NCBI GenBank assembly: GCA_030704615.1
Contig: CM060732.1
Span: 65,038,001 to 65,102,000 of the forward strand
DNA length: 64,000 nt
Origin: Takakia lepidozioides
Lineage: Eukaryota > Plantae > Bryophyta
Direction: 5' to 3'
Positions 47,501 through 63,164 of this stretch are shown piece after piece. The notes beneath the pieces were generated by a model that was not told the origin of the DNA, searched no databases, and saw nothing but the letters and a program-made list of their open reading frames with translations. Both the position numbers and the translations under genes were made by a program. How positions within the stretch are numbered: position 1 is the stretch's first letter; each line of letters starts with the position of its first letter.

Positions 47501-48779
47501 CGGGCGCCTAGGGTCTTTTGGTGGACTGTTTAGAGTCCAAGTTTGCGAACTTCTTGAACCTCGGTGGGTCTATGTTAGGGGCTGATTGAGGGCAGATTTA
47601 AGAAATTCATGACAATAATTTGAGGGCTTTTGAGAGTTATTGAGATGTTCTTTAAGGATAGTCTTATCTATTGCTTGAGCAAAAGTGAGTGTGAAGATAG
47701 GAGGAGTAATGGGATGAGAGCATTCTGGGCTTAGAGATTGCTTTAGCTTCCTTTCTCTATAGTCTTCCATCATTCTTGTAGGCCAAAGTTTTTCCGTAAG
47801 CGGAGGCAGAGCTAGTTTGGATAGAGACTTGGCCATCTTGCAGGTTTATTGAAGCCGCAAGGAGATCGATTGATTTAAGCTGTGGGAGGTGTTGTTGTTT
47901 GAGTTTCCTCTATTTGGATCTTCCTCCCACACATGCATGCTTGACTGTGCGCCATGCTAGTTTGGTTTGGGTGCTTGTTTTATAGGTGGTTGTGCCGGAA
48001 ACATTGTGGTCGGTCAACCCTAGAACGTGCTGTCGGTGGTGAGGCTGGGGTGATGACCAGCAGACCATCATTGTTTCTCCTATGGTGAGGCTAGGTTGAT
48101 GACCAGCAGACCATATGAGTGCCTGCGGTGGATGCATGTGCAGGTGCAGGTTTAGAATATGAACCTAGTATTCCAAACCATAAGCAGCAACATGTTCTCT
48201 ACCCGGTTACCTTGTGGAAAGGGGGCTTAGAGACATGCTGATAACCGGTTTGAGTGTGAGTTTTCATCACGGAGGTGCCACCAGTTGCTGAGGAGAGTGC
48301 CGGTACGAGCACCAGCGATACTAGTGGGTGTACAAGACGAGGTGTGCGGTTTAGGCCACCTTCACTTTCAGTGTCTTCTAAGGAAGGTCAGACTCAGAGT
48401 TGAGAGGATTCTCGCCAAGGGTGCAAGCCATTTCCGTGCCATTGTTGTGGGATACGATGGAGGCAATGTATGGAGCTACAAGGGGCCACGTCGGTACTCG
48501 GGAGCTGTGGGCACCATCGAGCTTGATGATTTCATACATGAGTGTATTGGAACGGTCAGTTTTACAGAGCCTGAGGAAATCTTCAGATTAAATTATTTAG
48601 TGGGAAATGGTCAATGTTGACCCAAAAATTGGGTTTAATCCTTGAGGGTTAAAGAGTAATCACATCGTCTCTTCAAACAAGGAGTTTTCATCCACTTCCC
48701 GTTTAGAATAAGAGATAGCGTGTGGGCTCGTAAATTGGCCTTGGAACATCTCAGAACGACGGAAAACTCACTTCTCACT

Positions 48780-49760
48780 TTTGTCTTCCTTTGGGAAGAG
48801 GTTTTTTTTTTCGATCATGTTTAACACAGCAGAAAACGCAGAGAGGGCATTAAGGTTTAATGCTACACGCTCCAAACATCACAGAGTGCATATTTTTCCT
48901 TGGTCATTTGACTGAGTTTTAGTGTGCGCTGTCTTTTCTTCCAGGGAACTACCTGCGATCGCCCCTAGAGATCGGAGCTTTTTTTGGTGCATACATTGGC
49001 TCAATGAATGTCTTTAAGCAGCTTGAGTTGGACACCCTAAGTGTCAACAATGAAGTTGTTTCTTATGATCCTAGTCATGACGGGTGGTCCCCCAGATTGA
49101 TGACGATGCCAGAATCTGCCTTCATTTATCCGTCACTGAAACTTCTTATTCTAGACAAATCCTTCGTTTATGTTCTTGTCAAAAAAGTTATCCTGGCAAT
49201 AATTTGTCATTATTGTCATGTAGAAGGTCATGTTAAAGCTGATTGTCTCGTGCTTCTACCTGTACAAAATGCATCTATCCCGGTCCCTACTCCCTCTGCT
49301 GCGATTAACGCTGACATGTCCTTGAATACGCAGAATTCAGAGGCGGGGCCATCAAGGAAAAAGACTAATATCTCTCCTCAGGATCCTCAGGAGGCTCTCC
49401 CTGCCAAGAGATCGATGGGAGACATCTTTCCATCTTTTTTCCCCATCAGTCAGCACGAAAGGAAAAGACATTGTTTAAAATGTACAACACATTGTCAATG
49501 GCTCATTGAGATTAGTTATGCGGTGGGATCCGGCCAGACCTTCGATACTTTGTCTACTGCAAAGCGGAATCATCGGAGCTCAATAGATTCAAAGAACTTG
49601 CTCTTAAGCATAAAGTTGGGATTAATTGGTCACTAAAGAGGGAGAAGATGTCGGCCTATTTCTTCCAGAAATGTAAGCAACGACAAGCTGCTACGTCTAT
49701 CTGTTCACTACGTGCAGATGCGACAAGAATCTCCCAGTCGAAAACCTCTTTGGAGCTATC
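48780..49760 (+). mobile_element. Degenerate L1-type LINE (ORF1 DUF4283-like and zinc knuckle; ORF2 fragment)
   Basis: GRGFF(fs)SIMFNTAENAERALRFN...HIFPWSFD; CHYCHVEGHVKADC (CX2CX4HX4C); GEKMSAYFFQKCKQRQAATSICSL. Confidence 0.7.
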
Positions 49761-51545
49761 TGCCCATCTAACGAAGGGACTGCTTGGACTTGTATATTGT
49801 GCTCCAATCTGTCCCACATATCTTTATGAAACGGAGCAATCCCGCTTGTCTGCCCCTCTACTTCACGAAAATTGCTCTCAGCGGTGGAAGCGCTGAGCTC
49901 GAAGACATCCCAAGAGTTGGATGACCTATCTGTTGAGCGGGGGATACTAAAGCGTGAGCTTGGAATCATGAGCTAGTGAGCGTGTAAGCTTGACTATAAG
50001 GGCATAATACCGTGGAATACATTCCCATAACCGCTGAAATAGGCCCCACATATGGGATGATGACACCAAATAAAATAGAGAGCAGAACCCAAATTGCAAC
50101 ACTGAAGGATCGAGTTATAGTAGATCAAGTTATAAACAAACAGGAGAAAAAAACAATTGAGTTTAAGGAATACAATTGCAGGATTGGGATTAAAAGCACC
50201 ACTCGTTTAGACGAACATCCAAAGATTTTAAGAGTTTGTGCAGAACTGAATTGCATGCAACAATCAAGATTCTCGGGTCCTCAATGGTAAGTTTCCTATA
50301 TTTCCCCATCAATAAAACACTGACATATATTATCGGCAAAAAAACGATCTAAAACAGTTTGTGGATTCGCCTTAGGTACTTCATCCTTGAATAAGGTAGA
50401 CTCAATATGCCCTATTTCTTCTTGATAACATGAGAAGTCGGGGTTCTCGAGTCATTGGTGGCCCAATCAGGTTTCCCCGATAAGTCTTGGTGGTAGTTAC
50501 TCCAACCTTGTTTCGACCATTTTCAGTCTTATCTAGAGCCTTGTAGGCATTGATTGGGTTGTGGTGCGTTCAAGATTTTGTTTTCCCCAACGTATCATTC
50601 CCAAGGTGTCCACTATGCGGGGCCTCTCCTTCCCAGATCGGTGGGGGAATGATGTATATGTGGCGGAAATGATCTACACACGGCACCTCGTAGTGAGTAT
50701 ACCCGACCACGTAGACATCTATTATTGAAGTTCGTTACTCTATTCTCCTTGACGGTAAATTTCGTGGCCTCTAAGCTTCCATGGTTGTGTCCTAAGATAG
50801 CGACCACCGAGCCCAAATTTAGCGTAATAGGCCCAATGCAGAGATGTCCGTCTCCAGCGAAATTAGCGAGTACGTACCTCGCGCTATCCAAGAGTACTGG
50901 AATCTTGCAAATGAAGCTTATACTATCTATTTTTTGAATACAATATTCATATTTATGAAGATGTCTTACTATTGTAAAGAACGCTGCTACTAGCAACATT
51001 CCGTGAAATGGACGTATTGTCATCATAGCCCCAAATTAATAGGACTATCCACTATAATTGTGGCTCAAAGTGAGACCATTGGGTGATGTCTCCATGGCTA
51101 GCTATAATGTCATTCCTCCAGGTATACATGCAGACGATAAGATTAAGGAAGTCTCGAAAAAAAAAAAACTTGTTGGCATAAAACGGGACAGTCCGAGTGC
51201 AATTGAAAGAACTACGGAGTGGTTGGCACATTCTTGTATTATTGTTAATCATTGTAACAAGGATGAAAATCAATTGTGAAATGTTTATGGAACAATTTCT
51301 TCCATATTTGCTTCTACTGACTATTATCTTTCATTTCATAACATATTCAAATTGAATTTCACATTTTTCATGTTTGCAAACTAGAATTTCTCATAGTTTT
51401 TATTGACATTCTTCCACGGTTACAGGTCCGGAGTGGCGTTCCACGGTTATAAGTCACATTTTGACGTGACGTGAGCCTAGAAGTTTGCCATGTGGCAAGT
51501 TCATGCCATGTCATGAACGGCTCACGACGTAGTATCGTTGCATGT

Positions 51546-51583
51546 TGAGACCATACTGATATAGCTTTAGACTAAATCTAACA
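51546..51583 (-). repeat. First ~38 bp of the copia 3' LTR
   Basis: Follows the PPT (ttgagagggggg); identical to the start of the 5' LTR except for 2 substitutions, then homology stops. Confidence 0.88.
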
Positions 51584-54500
51584 CCCCCTCTCAATATCAG
51601 CATCTTTCTTCTAGGGTTCTGCTCTTGAGTTTTGAAAGACTGCAAACACCTAGAGCTGCTCTAAATTTCTCGAATTTTTGTTTGCCAATATCTGCAACTT
51701 GTTCTTGTGATGTAACATGCACCAGGTCGACTCTTCGCTTTCCACTTTCTCACGAATATAATGGTAAAAAACCTCGATATGTTTCGTATGAGCGTGAAAT
51801 ACTAGGTTGCGAGCAATTTTTGCGCTACTCTGATTGTCACAGCTTATAACAGTAGGACCATCCTCCAAAATTCCGAGTTCTTTATAGAGTCTTCTCAACC
51901 AAACTATCTCCTTAGCACCCTCGGTGAGTGCACGATACTCAGCTTCTGTTGAGGATAATGCAACGGTAGGTTGCTTCTTCAAACTCCAAGTTACTGCACC
52001 ATCACCCATTCTGAAGACATAACATGAGATTGAGTGTCGACTATCATTATCGCCAGCCCAGTCAGCATCTGTGAAACCACTTAAAGCGATGTTCACTCCT
52101 CTCTTGTATAGCAGCCCGTAGTCAACTGTTCCAGCCACATATCGAAGAATGTGATCAACAATATCCATGTGAGCTGTTTGTGGCAACTCCATGTACCTAC
52201 TCACTGCTCCGACAAGATACACAAGATCAGGTCTTGTGTTTGTCGAGTATACTAGCTTGCCAACTTTCCTCCTGTATAGAGTTTGATCAGAAGGTGCAGT
52301 GCCCATATCCATAGAAAGTTTAAGGTTCTCGATCATGGGAACAGTGTGAGGATTGCAATCAGAAAACCCAAACTCCTCAAGCATTTTTTTAATATATCCC
52401 CTCTGCGTGATCATGATGCCTTCTTCAAGGTGAAGAAATTCAGCTCCAAGGTACAACGTGATGAGGCCTAGATCGGTCATATCAAATGCTTGCTTGAGTT
52501 GCTGGCGCAGACAAGCGATTTTCACAATGCGATTGCCAGTCAGCAAGAGGTCATCTACATAAAGAATTCACAAAACAATTTTGTCATCTTCATTGAAATA
52601 GTAGATGTTGTAGTCAACATTAGATCTGTGAAGACCTTGAGTCTTGAGAAAAGAGTCAATTTTAGCATACCATGCTCTCGGCGCTTGCTTAAGACCGTAT
52701 AGGGCCTTCAAAAGTCTATAGACCTTCGTCTCATGGCCAAGCTTGGAGAAGCCCTCAGACTGTCGCATGTAAACCTCTTCGAACAAATCCCCGTTCAAGA
52801 ATGCCGTTTTGACGTCCATGTGAACGATTTCCCAGTCCATGTGAGCTGCAAGGGCAACAAGAGAGCGGATGGTCGCCCATTTGACAACTGGAGTGAACGT
52901 TTCGTCATAGTCTATACCCTCTTTCTGCTGGAAACCTCTTGCAACAAGGTGCACTTTCAACTTATCAGGTGAGCCATCAGCCTTTTGCTTCACTTTATAC
53001 ACCCATTTCGAAGTGATTGGGGTTTTCCCAAAGGGCAAATCAACCAGCTCCCAGGTCTGGTTCTTCACAATTGAATCCATTTCGGATTGCATTGCATCTT
53101 GCCACCCTGCAATCTGTGAAGCTTCATGGAAGCTCTCAGGTTCATTGATCTCGGCAATGTTGACATAGTCATCAAGAAGACGTGGCCGTCGTCGAATCCT
53201 CCTTGATTGACGTTGAATTTCTTGCTCTGGATCAGGTTGAGCTGGTAGCTCAGGTGCTGGCTTGACATGAGCTATAGGTAATTCCCTCTCAATCGGCAGA
53301 TTGTTCTCATAGTCGATGTCAAGGTCAACATGTATATCAATAGCACGGGGAGATAAGGGTTCGGGTGGAACCTCAACTTCGTCTGGAACCACAACATCGT
53401 CTACTTCATGTTGCTCTTGGAGTGAAGCTGAATGTCTCTATGATATAGGGATATCTCTTTTGTGCAGGAATCCTCTCAATGAATATAACATCTCTACTAA
53501 CAAAAACTTTTCTAATAGTGGGATTGAATAATATGTATGCCTTGGTTTTTGTATCATAACCCACTAGCATGCAAACTATCGACTTTGCATCTAGTTTTCC
53601 TCTGTATTGTTGGTCAACATGAACATAAGATTTGCTGCCAAATATCTTAAGATGAGATAAGCGGGGTTTGATACCTGAATTTTTTTCATAGGGTGTCATT
53701 CCTTCATTGGTAGATGATGAACTTCGATTGAGAAGATATGCAGCTGTGTTGACAGCTTCTGACCACAAGTATTTGGGAAGATCCGCCTCCAGAACCATAC
53801 TTCTTACTCTCTCTAGTAACGTGCGGTTCTTGCGCTCGGAAACACCATTTTGTTGTGGTGTTCTAGGCTGTGTCAGCTGTCGTGTAATCCCTGGGACTGC
53901 AAGTAAGCACTAAATTCGTGAGACAAGAACTCGCCTCCACGGTCTGAGTGTAAGCACTTTATCGTCTTCCCTGTAGCATTTTCTATCATCTGTTGGAAGA
54001 TCTTGAACTTCTGCAGTGTTTCGTCCTTTATTCTCAGAAAATATACCCACGTATATCGGCTAAAATCGTCGGTTATGTCCATACAACAAAGAGCAATAGG
54101 CTTACCTCATCTACCCCTCCTCGTAGAATCTTGCAGAGGCTGCTTGCTCGGTAAGCACCAACAAAAACAATTTTCGAAGAAAGCAGAACACAAGGCTACC
54201 GAAATCCTTGAGCTGCTGCACATAGACCTTTGTGGACCGCTGCAAGTCCCATCTCTCTCATGATCAAAATATTTCATGGTGAAGGCCTTGAAAATTTAAG
54301 TGTCCTAGTCGTCTATGCCAGAGTCTAGCCACTCTACCGTGATCTATTTGAGGCATATCTTCACAGGCATTTGCTTCTATCTTTCTATTGGAACCTAGAG
54401 AATTGACAAAGCTGCTGGTGTCTAAATTATATAAGCCATTTCTCCTATTTCTAGATCCCTGTGCTACTATTCTCTTAGTGTTATTTTTATCTACAAACAA

Positions 54501-55889
54501 ACACTTTCTATTGTCAAAGATAGCCAGGTGACCACTATCACAGATTGCTCCAACTGAAAATAGATTCCGCTTCAGACTCGGTACGTAAAGAACATTAGAT
54601 ATCTTCGTTATTGATCCGTTCATGTTTACCTTGGCATGGCCTTTGCCAAGAACAGTGTGTGCATGCCCACCGGCAGAGCTAACATTGTGTTGTGAGGTTC
54701 CTGATGCTACTACATCATGCACCAGATCTGGATTTCCAGCGGTGATCTCAGCAGAGAGGGCCTCATCTTCATCTGCTATTTATACTGCCGCTAAAGCTGC
54801 TTCAATGACATCGGCTACATCATTGTACTCGCTATCGCTGTTCTCTTCAACAAGATGGGCTTGCAGATGTGCACGAAGTTTGAGTACTTCGTCATATGGA
54901 ACTGCACAACCCTTCGCCCAATGACCGATCTTTCCACATCGATTGCAGGTTGATGTCTTCTTTTCATGGGATGTGTGTCCAGAAGCTCGTTTGTTACCAA
55001 AACGTCTGCCGGGAGCCCCCATCTTTTGAAACTTGACGAAAAGAGCTTCTGTGTCTTTTTGTTGCTGGCCTATTAGCTTTCTGCGATTTTCTTCCTGGAG
55101 CAGTTTGGCACTGAGCTCGTCCATGGTTGGTAGGTCCTTCTGGCTTGCCACTGCTTGCACATAGTAGTCGTAACTCTCGGGTAAGCTGTTAAGCACCATT
55201 TCGACCAGCATTGTATCGTCAATCTTCTCACCACATCCTGCAAGTTGGCTCACAAGATCAGACACCATTTCCATGAATGATTCCATGGTCGTTCCTTCTT
55301 CCATTTTGAGGTTAGCAAGACGGTTTCGGATTAGCAACTTCCTGGAGATAGACTTGACTTCATAAAGCTCACAAAGTTTGAGTCACATTTTCCTTGGACA
55401 ATCAATATCTTGAATGTAAGGAATGACTTTGTCAGAAAGGTTCCTACAGATTAATGCAAGAGCTTTGTGCTTCCTTTTGTTATGGACCTCTAGTTGTCCC
55501 TCAGGAGGTGAGACATCAGACTCCAGAAATGTAAGCAAGTCATCACTAAGAGCTAGAGTACGGAGTTTAAACTTCCATATGCTCCAGTTGGACTGCCCAG
55601 CAAGCTCGTTGGATTCTATAACATGCAAGTGGTGGTTTGCATCTAGAGGAAGAGACATCTTGAGATACTTATCGACACAGATAAGAAGGTTAGTACAAAA
55701 GACAAAATTATAAGAACAACAAGTAATGTTAGCACGATCCGAAGGTTAGTATGATAACAAGAAAAAGAAATATGATAAAAAAATCTGACTCCTACTCAGT
55801 AGGACGGAGCATGGCTCCCACGCCCAGACAAGTCTTCCTACAGCGGCCTGTGAAGCACTTCGATTCCCACGGCCCTAGCTCTGATACCA

Positions 55890-56128
55890 TGAAAGATTCA
55901 GCATACTGGAATACTTTACTAAGGAGGAACATCAGGAATACAGTACCCTTAACAGGACCCCTATTTATCTAAGAGCTAGCATTGATTGCCAGTAGGTGGC
56001 ACTAAACCCGATTAGCTGGAATTTAGCTAATGCTTACCGACTGGATGACTCTTACTTAATAAAGAGATAAAGCAAATAGGGTCATCCTAGTGGGACCATG
56101 CTGATATAGCTTTAGACTAAATCTAACA
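55890..56128 (-). repeat. Copia 5' LTR (239 bp, TG...CA)
   Basis: TGTTAGATTT...GAATCTTTCA immediately followed by the initiator-Met tRNA PBS; flanked by CCTTA (plus strand taagg, 56129-56133). Confidence 0.92.
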
Positions 56129-56367
56129 TAAGGAGGCTTAATGCTGAAAGAGCTTGGCATGGATCGAGGAATTTTCAGACCTTTAATTCCCTCGCTTGTA
56201 TGGAGAAGATGGCCAGCAGCTATAACAAACAGGAAGGGAGCGAGAGGAGAGGATGCACGAGAAAGGCCTTTTCAAAATCGAGCATAAGGAGAGCCAAAGG
56301 CTGGTTGCAGTCAAAATCTTGGAAAAGGGCTTGTTTAGCAGCAAGATATAATCCAAAATCATCATTC

Positions 56368-56652
56368 CAGTGTTTTGTTTTTCACTTTTCAAAAATCGCC
56401 ACAAAGGCTACAAGTGAATTTTACCCAGTGCCCATGTGGCGAGAATAACGAGGTGGCAGGGCTAGAAAAGCGCCAATATAACAAGTGTGACATTGTAACA
56501 GGTCCACGTAGGAAAATTCTGGCTCGTGATATTTAACCATTGGTGCTTCTTGGCGAATTTTTCGATTTTACTCCCATAATTCCTTTACAAAACTACCCGA
56601 CCCATTTTCCAGGTCGAAATCTGGCGATTATTCGCCAGATTTAAAAACACTG
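56368..56652. mobile_element. Possible hAT-like MITE
   Basis: Termini CAGTGTTTT...AAAACACTG with internal TCGCC/GGCGA motifs; no TSD found. Confidence 0.45.
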
Positions 56653-56984
56653 AAGTTCATCCCCTTTCCAAAAAAAAAAAAAAATCATCCTGTTTTTAAT
56701 GAACCCCCACTTCTCTTGGCCAATGAGTTTACCCAAGAGTGGTTGTAATCTAAGGGCTAGTGCTTTTGCTATAATCTTGTAAGTAGAGTTGAGCAAAGCA
56801 AATAGGGCAATAATTCATGATGACATCCCTATCACCTTTTTCTATGAATAAGAGTAATGACCCCTTGCGAGATTTGGCGAGATTTGTGACGGCAGAATGG
56901 TTTTGGCTAACATATATTGTGTCACTGCCAAAAAAGTCATCCCCTATGTGAAGTCATAAGGCTTTGTACTTTGAACAAGACACC

Positions 56985-57174
56985 TTGTTTACTTTATCTC
57001 TTCATTAAGTAAGAGTCATCCAGTTGGTAAGCATTAGCTGAATTCCAGCTAATCGGGTTTAGTGCCACCTACCGGCAATCAATGCTAGCTCTTACATAAA
57101 TAGGGAACCCCTTAAGGGTACTGTATTCCTGGTGTTCCTCCTTAGTAAAGTATTCCAGTATGCTGAATCTTTCA
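56985..57174 (+). repeat. Remainder of the copia 3' LTR, in opposite orientation
   Basis: About 11 mismatches in ~187 nt vs the 5' LTR (by eye); ends ...GAATCTTTCA followed by CCTTA (57175-57179). Confidence 0.9.
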
Positions 57175-57971
57175 CCTTATACACAGTCGATACAAGAAGG
57201 AACTCAAGCATAAGATACAAGAAGGAACTCAGGCATAAGACCGCTGGGATCCTCACTCAGGAATAGGTGGCACCCTCTTCCTTATGTAAGGTGCTGGCAG
57301 AGCCACTGGGCAAGCCAAAAGAACCCTGTGAAGTTTGAATGGCTTTCACAAACATAGGAGGAAGGAGCTTGCAATCTAGATTATTGTATGTATGACTCAG
57401 AGAAACTGTTATCTCCATTTTCGGTTACTTGTGGACAGCAGAAGGCTGACACCTAGCTATCTTCTCTTCTTTTCTCTCACACATACATAAGAGAACTCCA
57501 TGTGTAGATGCTAACACCACATAATCAATACTGCACATACATGTAGGTACAAAAAAAAGTACTCCAAAACAAACTTCCAGACTCAAAATGTGACATTCTT
57601 CATGACCTACATAATGCAGCAGCACTCTCACCACAATCTCCCTTGTTCTCTATTTATGTCCACATTTCTAGAAAATGATTTGCATCCATCTGTGGGGATC
57701 AATATCGTATGGTGTGATTCCCAGCCTGTGCATCACCGCTCAAGTCCCTATAAATAGATTGTCTGTGTGGCCTGTCTCTTTAAAACGACTTGTGACTGGC
57801 AACGTGACCACATGTGCAGCCAATAGAATAGTTCAACAAAAAAAATTTTCTCCTTCACCAAAGACAGCCAGTGGAAAAGCCCCAGGGCTCATTCATTCCA
57901 TTCTACAAGAGAACAGCATAACAAGCACAAAGAGCCTGCCATATATGCACCATGATAAAGCTGCAAAACAC

Positions 57972-60793
<2,822 letters not shown>

Positions 60794-62228
60794 CGTGGCG
60801 ATCTCGGCAGCAAGCGATGGCAGCGGCTGGAGCTCCAAAAATTCGCTTGAGATAAGGAGAGACGATGTCTCCAATCCCTGCACTTAGGGCTTCATCTTTG
60901 CCGAGCCTTCCCCAGACCTAGAAACTTGGCCTGGGATAACCCTAACCAGACCTACAGCGTCTCTCTTTCTTGTCTGGTCTCTCCGTCTCTCCTGTTCTAG
61001 CTTGCCTCTTGCCTGGAATGTGGACATTGCTTTGGCGTTGGGGCCAGGGATGGTGAGGAGCTTTGATGGTTTTGGGATGTAAAGTTCTATCCATGTTGCT
61101 CAGCTGACACTCCAGAGAATCAGACCAGGGAAAAGTGAAGCTCTCTATGACTCTTCACACACTAACCTTGTGGGGCAAGAATGCTGGAGTTTCGCAACTA
61201 TTTGTATGAAGGGAAGCAGCTAGAGAAATGATCAGGATGTTCTTGTGGTTGGCTTCTTAGGTTGATACTTCTACGCGCGCAACACATCCAGCAAGATGGA
61301 AGTTAAAGTGGAATTGAAATCCATTTCTTCTGTGCACAGAAGAATCATTAAGAGCATGTGGCTTTTGCAAGTTGATGTCACACAGATTCCAACAGTGGGT
61401 TGAGGAACCAAAGAGTAAATAGAAATGGTACACAATCCAGGATCCATCAGACTATTCTGCAAGTAACACTGGGAATAGCTCCCCCATTTCTCACACTTGC
61501 CCTGTAGGTGTGACTGGAAATACATATACTGCCTTCCATGGTTAAACTGGCAAAGCTGGAATCATAATCATACGCCAAGACAACACTTTATCCAGACTGT
61601 TGCTGGCTGCAAGAGTTTTGAGCTCACTTTTCATACTTGTGAGCCATCAACTAGCTTCAGGATCCCGAAGGCATTGAGAGATATATCCCCATAGCCAGAT
61701 TCGCATAGACTGTCAGTTAGAGTTTCTCCTGACCCAGCTTCATATACAAGATTGTGAAAAAGGTCAAAGACGCACATTTCTCTTTTCTCTGTCAGTCAGT
61801 CATCCAGAAGAACAATTCCAAGACATGGATAACAAGACTATTCTCAAACCACCACCCCTATGTATCTCTATCTCCTCTTTTCTAGACAGGATCCGTCCAG
61901 ACTCAAAACTGGGGGCTATAGCAGTGGGAAAAAATCTACATCTATGATGTCGTTCCCAAATCATCAACCAGATTGCCTCTCTGAGTGTGTATTGGTCTCC
62001 CTGTCACACACATTTTTAAAGATTCCTAATGTGACTGCCCAAGTACATGTGTGACCAATATAGTAGTTCAACAATTGAAACATGTCATTCAGCATAGTGA
62101 GCCGATCAAACCCCCAGGTCTTGATCAAATCTGATGTTCATTCCACATTCTACAAAGAGGCAACATAGCAAGCACAAACTGTCTGCCATATTGCCCAGTG
62201 AGATGCACCATGTAAAGCTGAAAAACAC

Positions 62229-62523
<295 letters not shown>

Positions 62524-62684
62524 CTGAGACACCAACACAAGGTCATTTAAGTTGACCAAGATTGTACTGACCTATGCTAAAATTTGGACCCAATTTAAAA
62601 GAGAGATGGAGAGAGGGGGAGAGAGGGTCCAAGTTTAGACTCTCTCACTATCGAGACCATCAAGACCATCTCTAACCTGTCCTC

Positions 62685-63145
62685 ATTTAAACTCAGGGCA
62701 GGAATCGTACCTTTGAACAGTAAACAGAAGCAGAGAGGAAAGGGAGAGTGCAATTGCCCGTTGTGTGGGCAACCCGAAGACAATATTCATTTTCTGATTC
62801 ACTGTCCGGGGTAATCTCACCAGAGAGACGCTCTCTCCAATCTATCAAGAGAATTGTGCCTGTACCTCTGTTTACCAACTTTGAAAGTCTCGAGGCTGAG
62901 CCAAAAGCCCAGCCCCTTCTGAGGCCTAGTTTTTGGGCAAATCACACAGAGCAGATTGATGCTTGTGTAAAGGGATCTCTAGAGGATATCTGGAAAACCC
63001 AGATCAATTCTATGTATAAAGGTAAGTCTTACTACCAATGTCAGCCTCTGATAAAGGTAGGTTCTGTCCCTTTGGTTTCCGCTCAAACTGGGGGCGGGGT
63101 CAATGGCCACAAGGCTACGGCAAACAACATCTTGTGAGTACATTT
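62685..63145 (+). mobile_element. 5'-truncated LINE insertion (RTE-X/L2-like 3' end) with 14-bp TSD, in the RPS14 copy 2 intron
   Basis: TSD tctaacctgtcctc at 62671-62684 and 63146-63159; encodes C-terminal CNCPLCGQPEDNIHFLIHCPG. Confidence 0.85.
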
Positions 63146-63164
63146 TCTAACCTGTCCTCCCTTC

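Larger units (their letters stand above)
45218..48620 (+). mobile_element. Putative degenerate LTR-retroelement remnant with internal minisatellites
   Basis: Begins TGTAAGAG; long non-coding tract, tandem repeats, weakly gag-like RRYSGAVGTIELDDF near 48490; second LTR, PBS and TSD not found. Confidence 0.3.
51546..56128 (-). mobile_element. Ty1/copia LTR retrotransposon, defective
   Basis: gag (NWSIWKFKL, VLNSLPESY, CNRCGKIGHWAKGC), GAG-pre-integrase LWHRRLGH, integrase (TDDFSRYTW, HSDRGGEF, QQNGVSERKNRT), RT (HMDVKTAFLNGDL, LKALYGLKQAPRAW, YVDD), RNase H (FTDADWAGD, SSTEAEY, CDNQS, HTKHIEV); PBS TGGTATCAGAGC at 55878-55889; PPT next to 51584; frameshifts; protease DSG motif absent. Confidence 0.97.

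Noticed and set aside
49980-51280. ORF fragments (e.g. 50613-51026) as Helitron, viral or LINE endonuclease sequence
   Set aside because: Only faint resemblance; needs an HMM search.
57189-57240. 25-bp tandem duplication (similar 20-21 bp ones at ~2376-2420 and ~13377-13410)
   Set aside because: Ordinary short slippage or repair duplications with no further structure.
60880-60950. Telo-box in the RPS14 promoter
   Set aside because: Only imperfect variants (taaccctaa, aagccctaa); not supportable.
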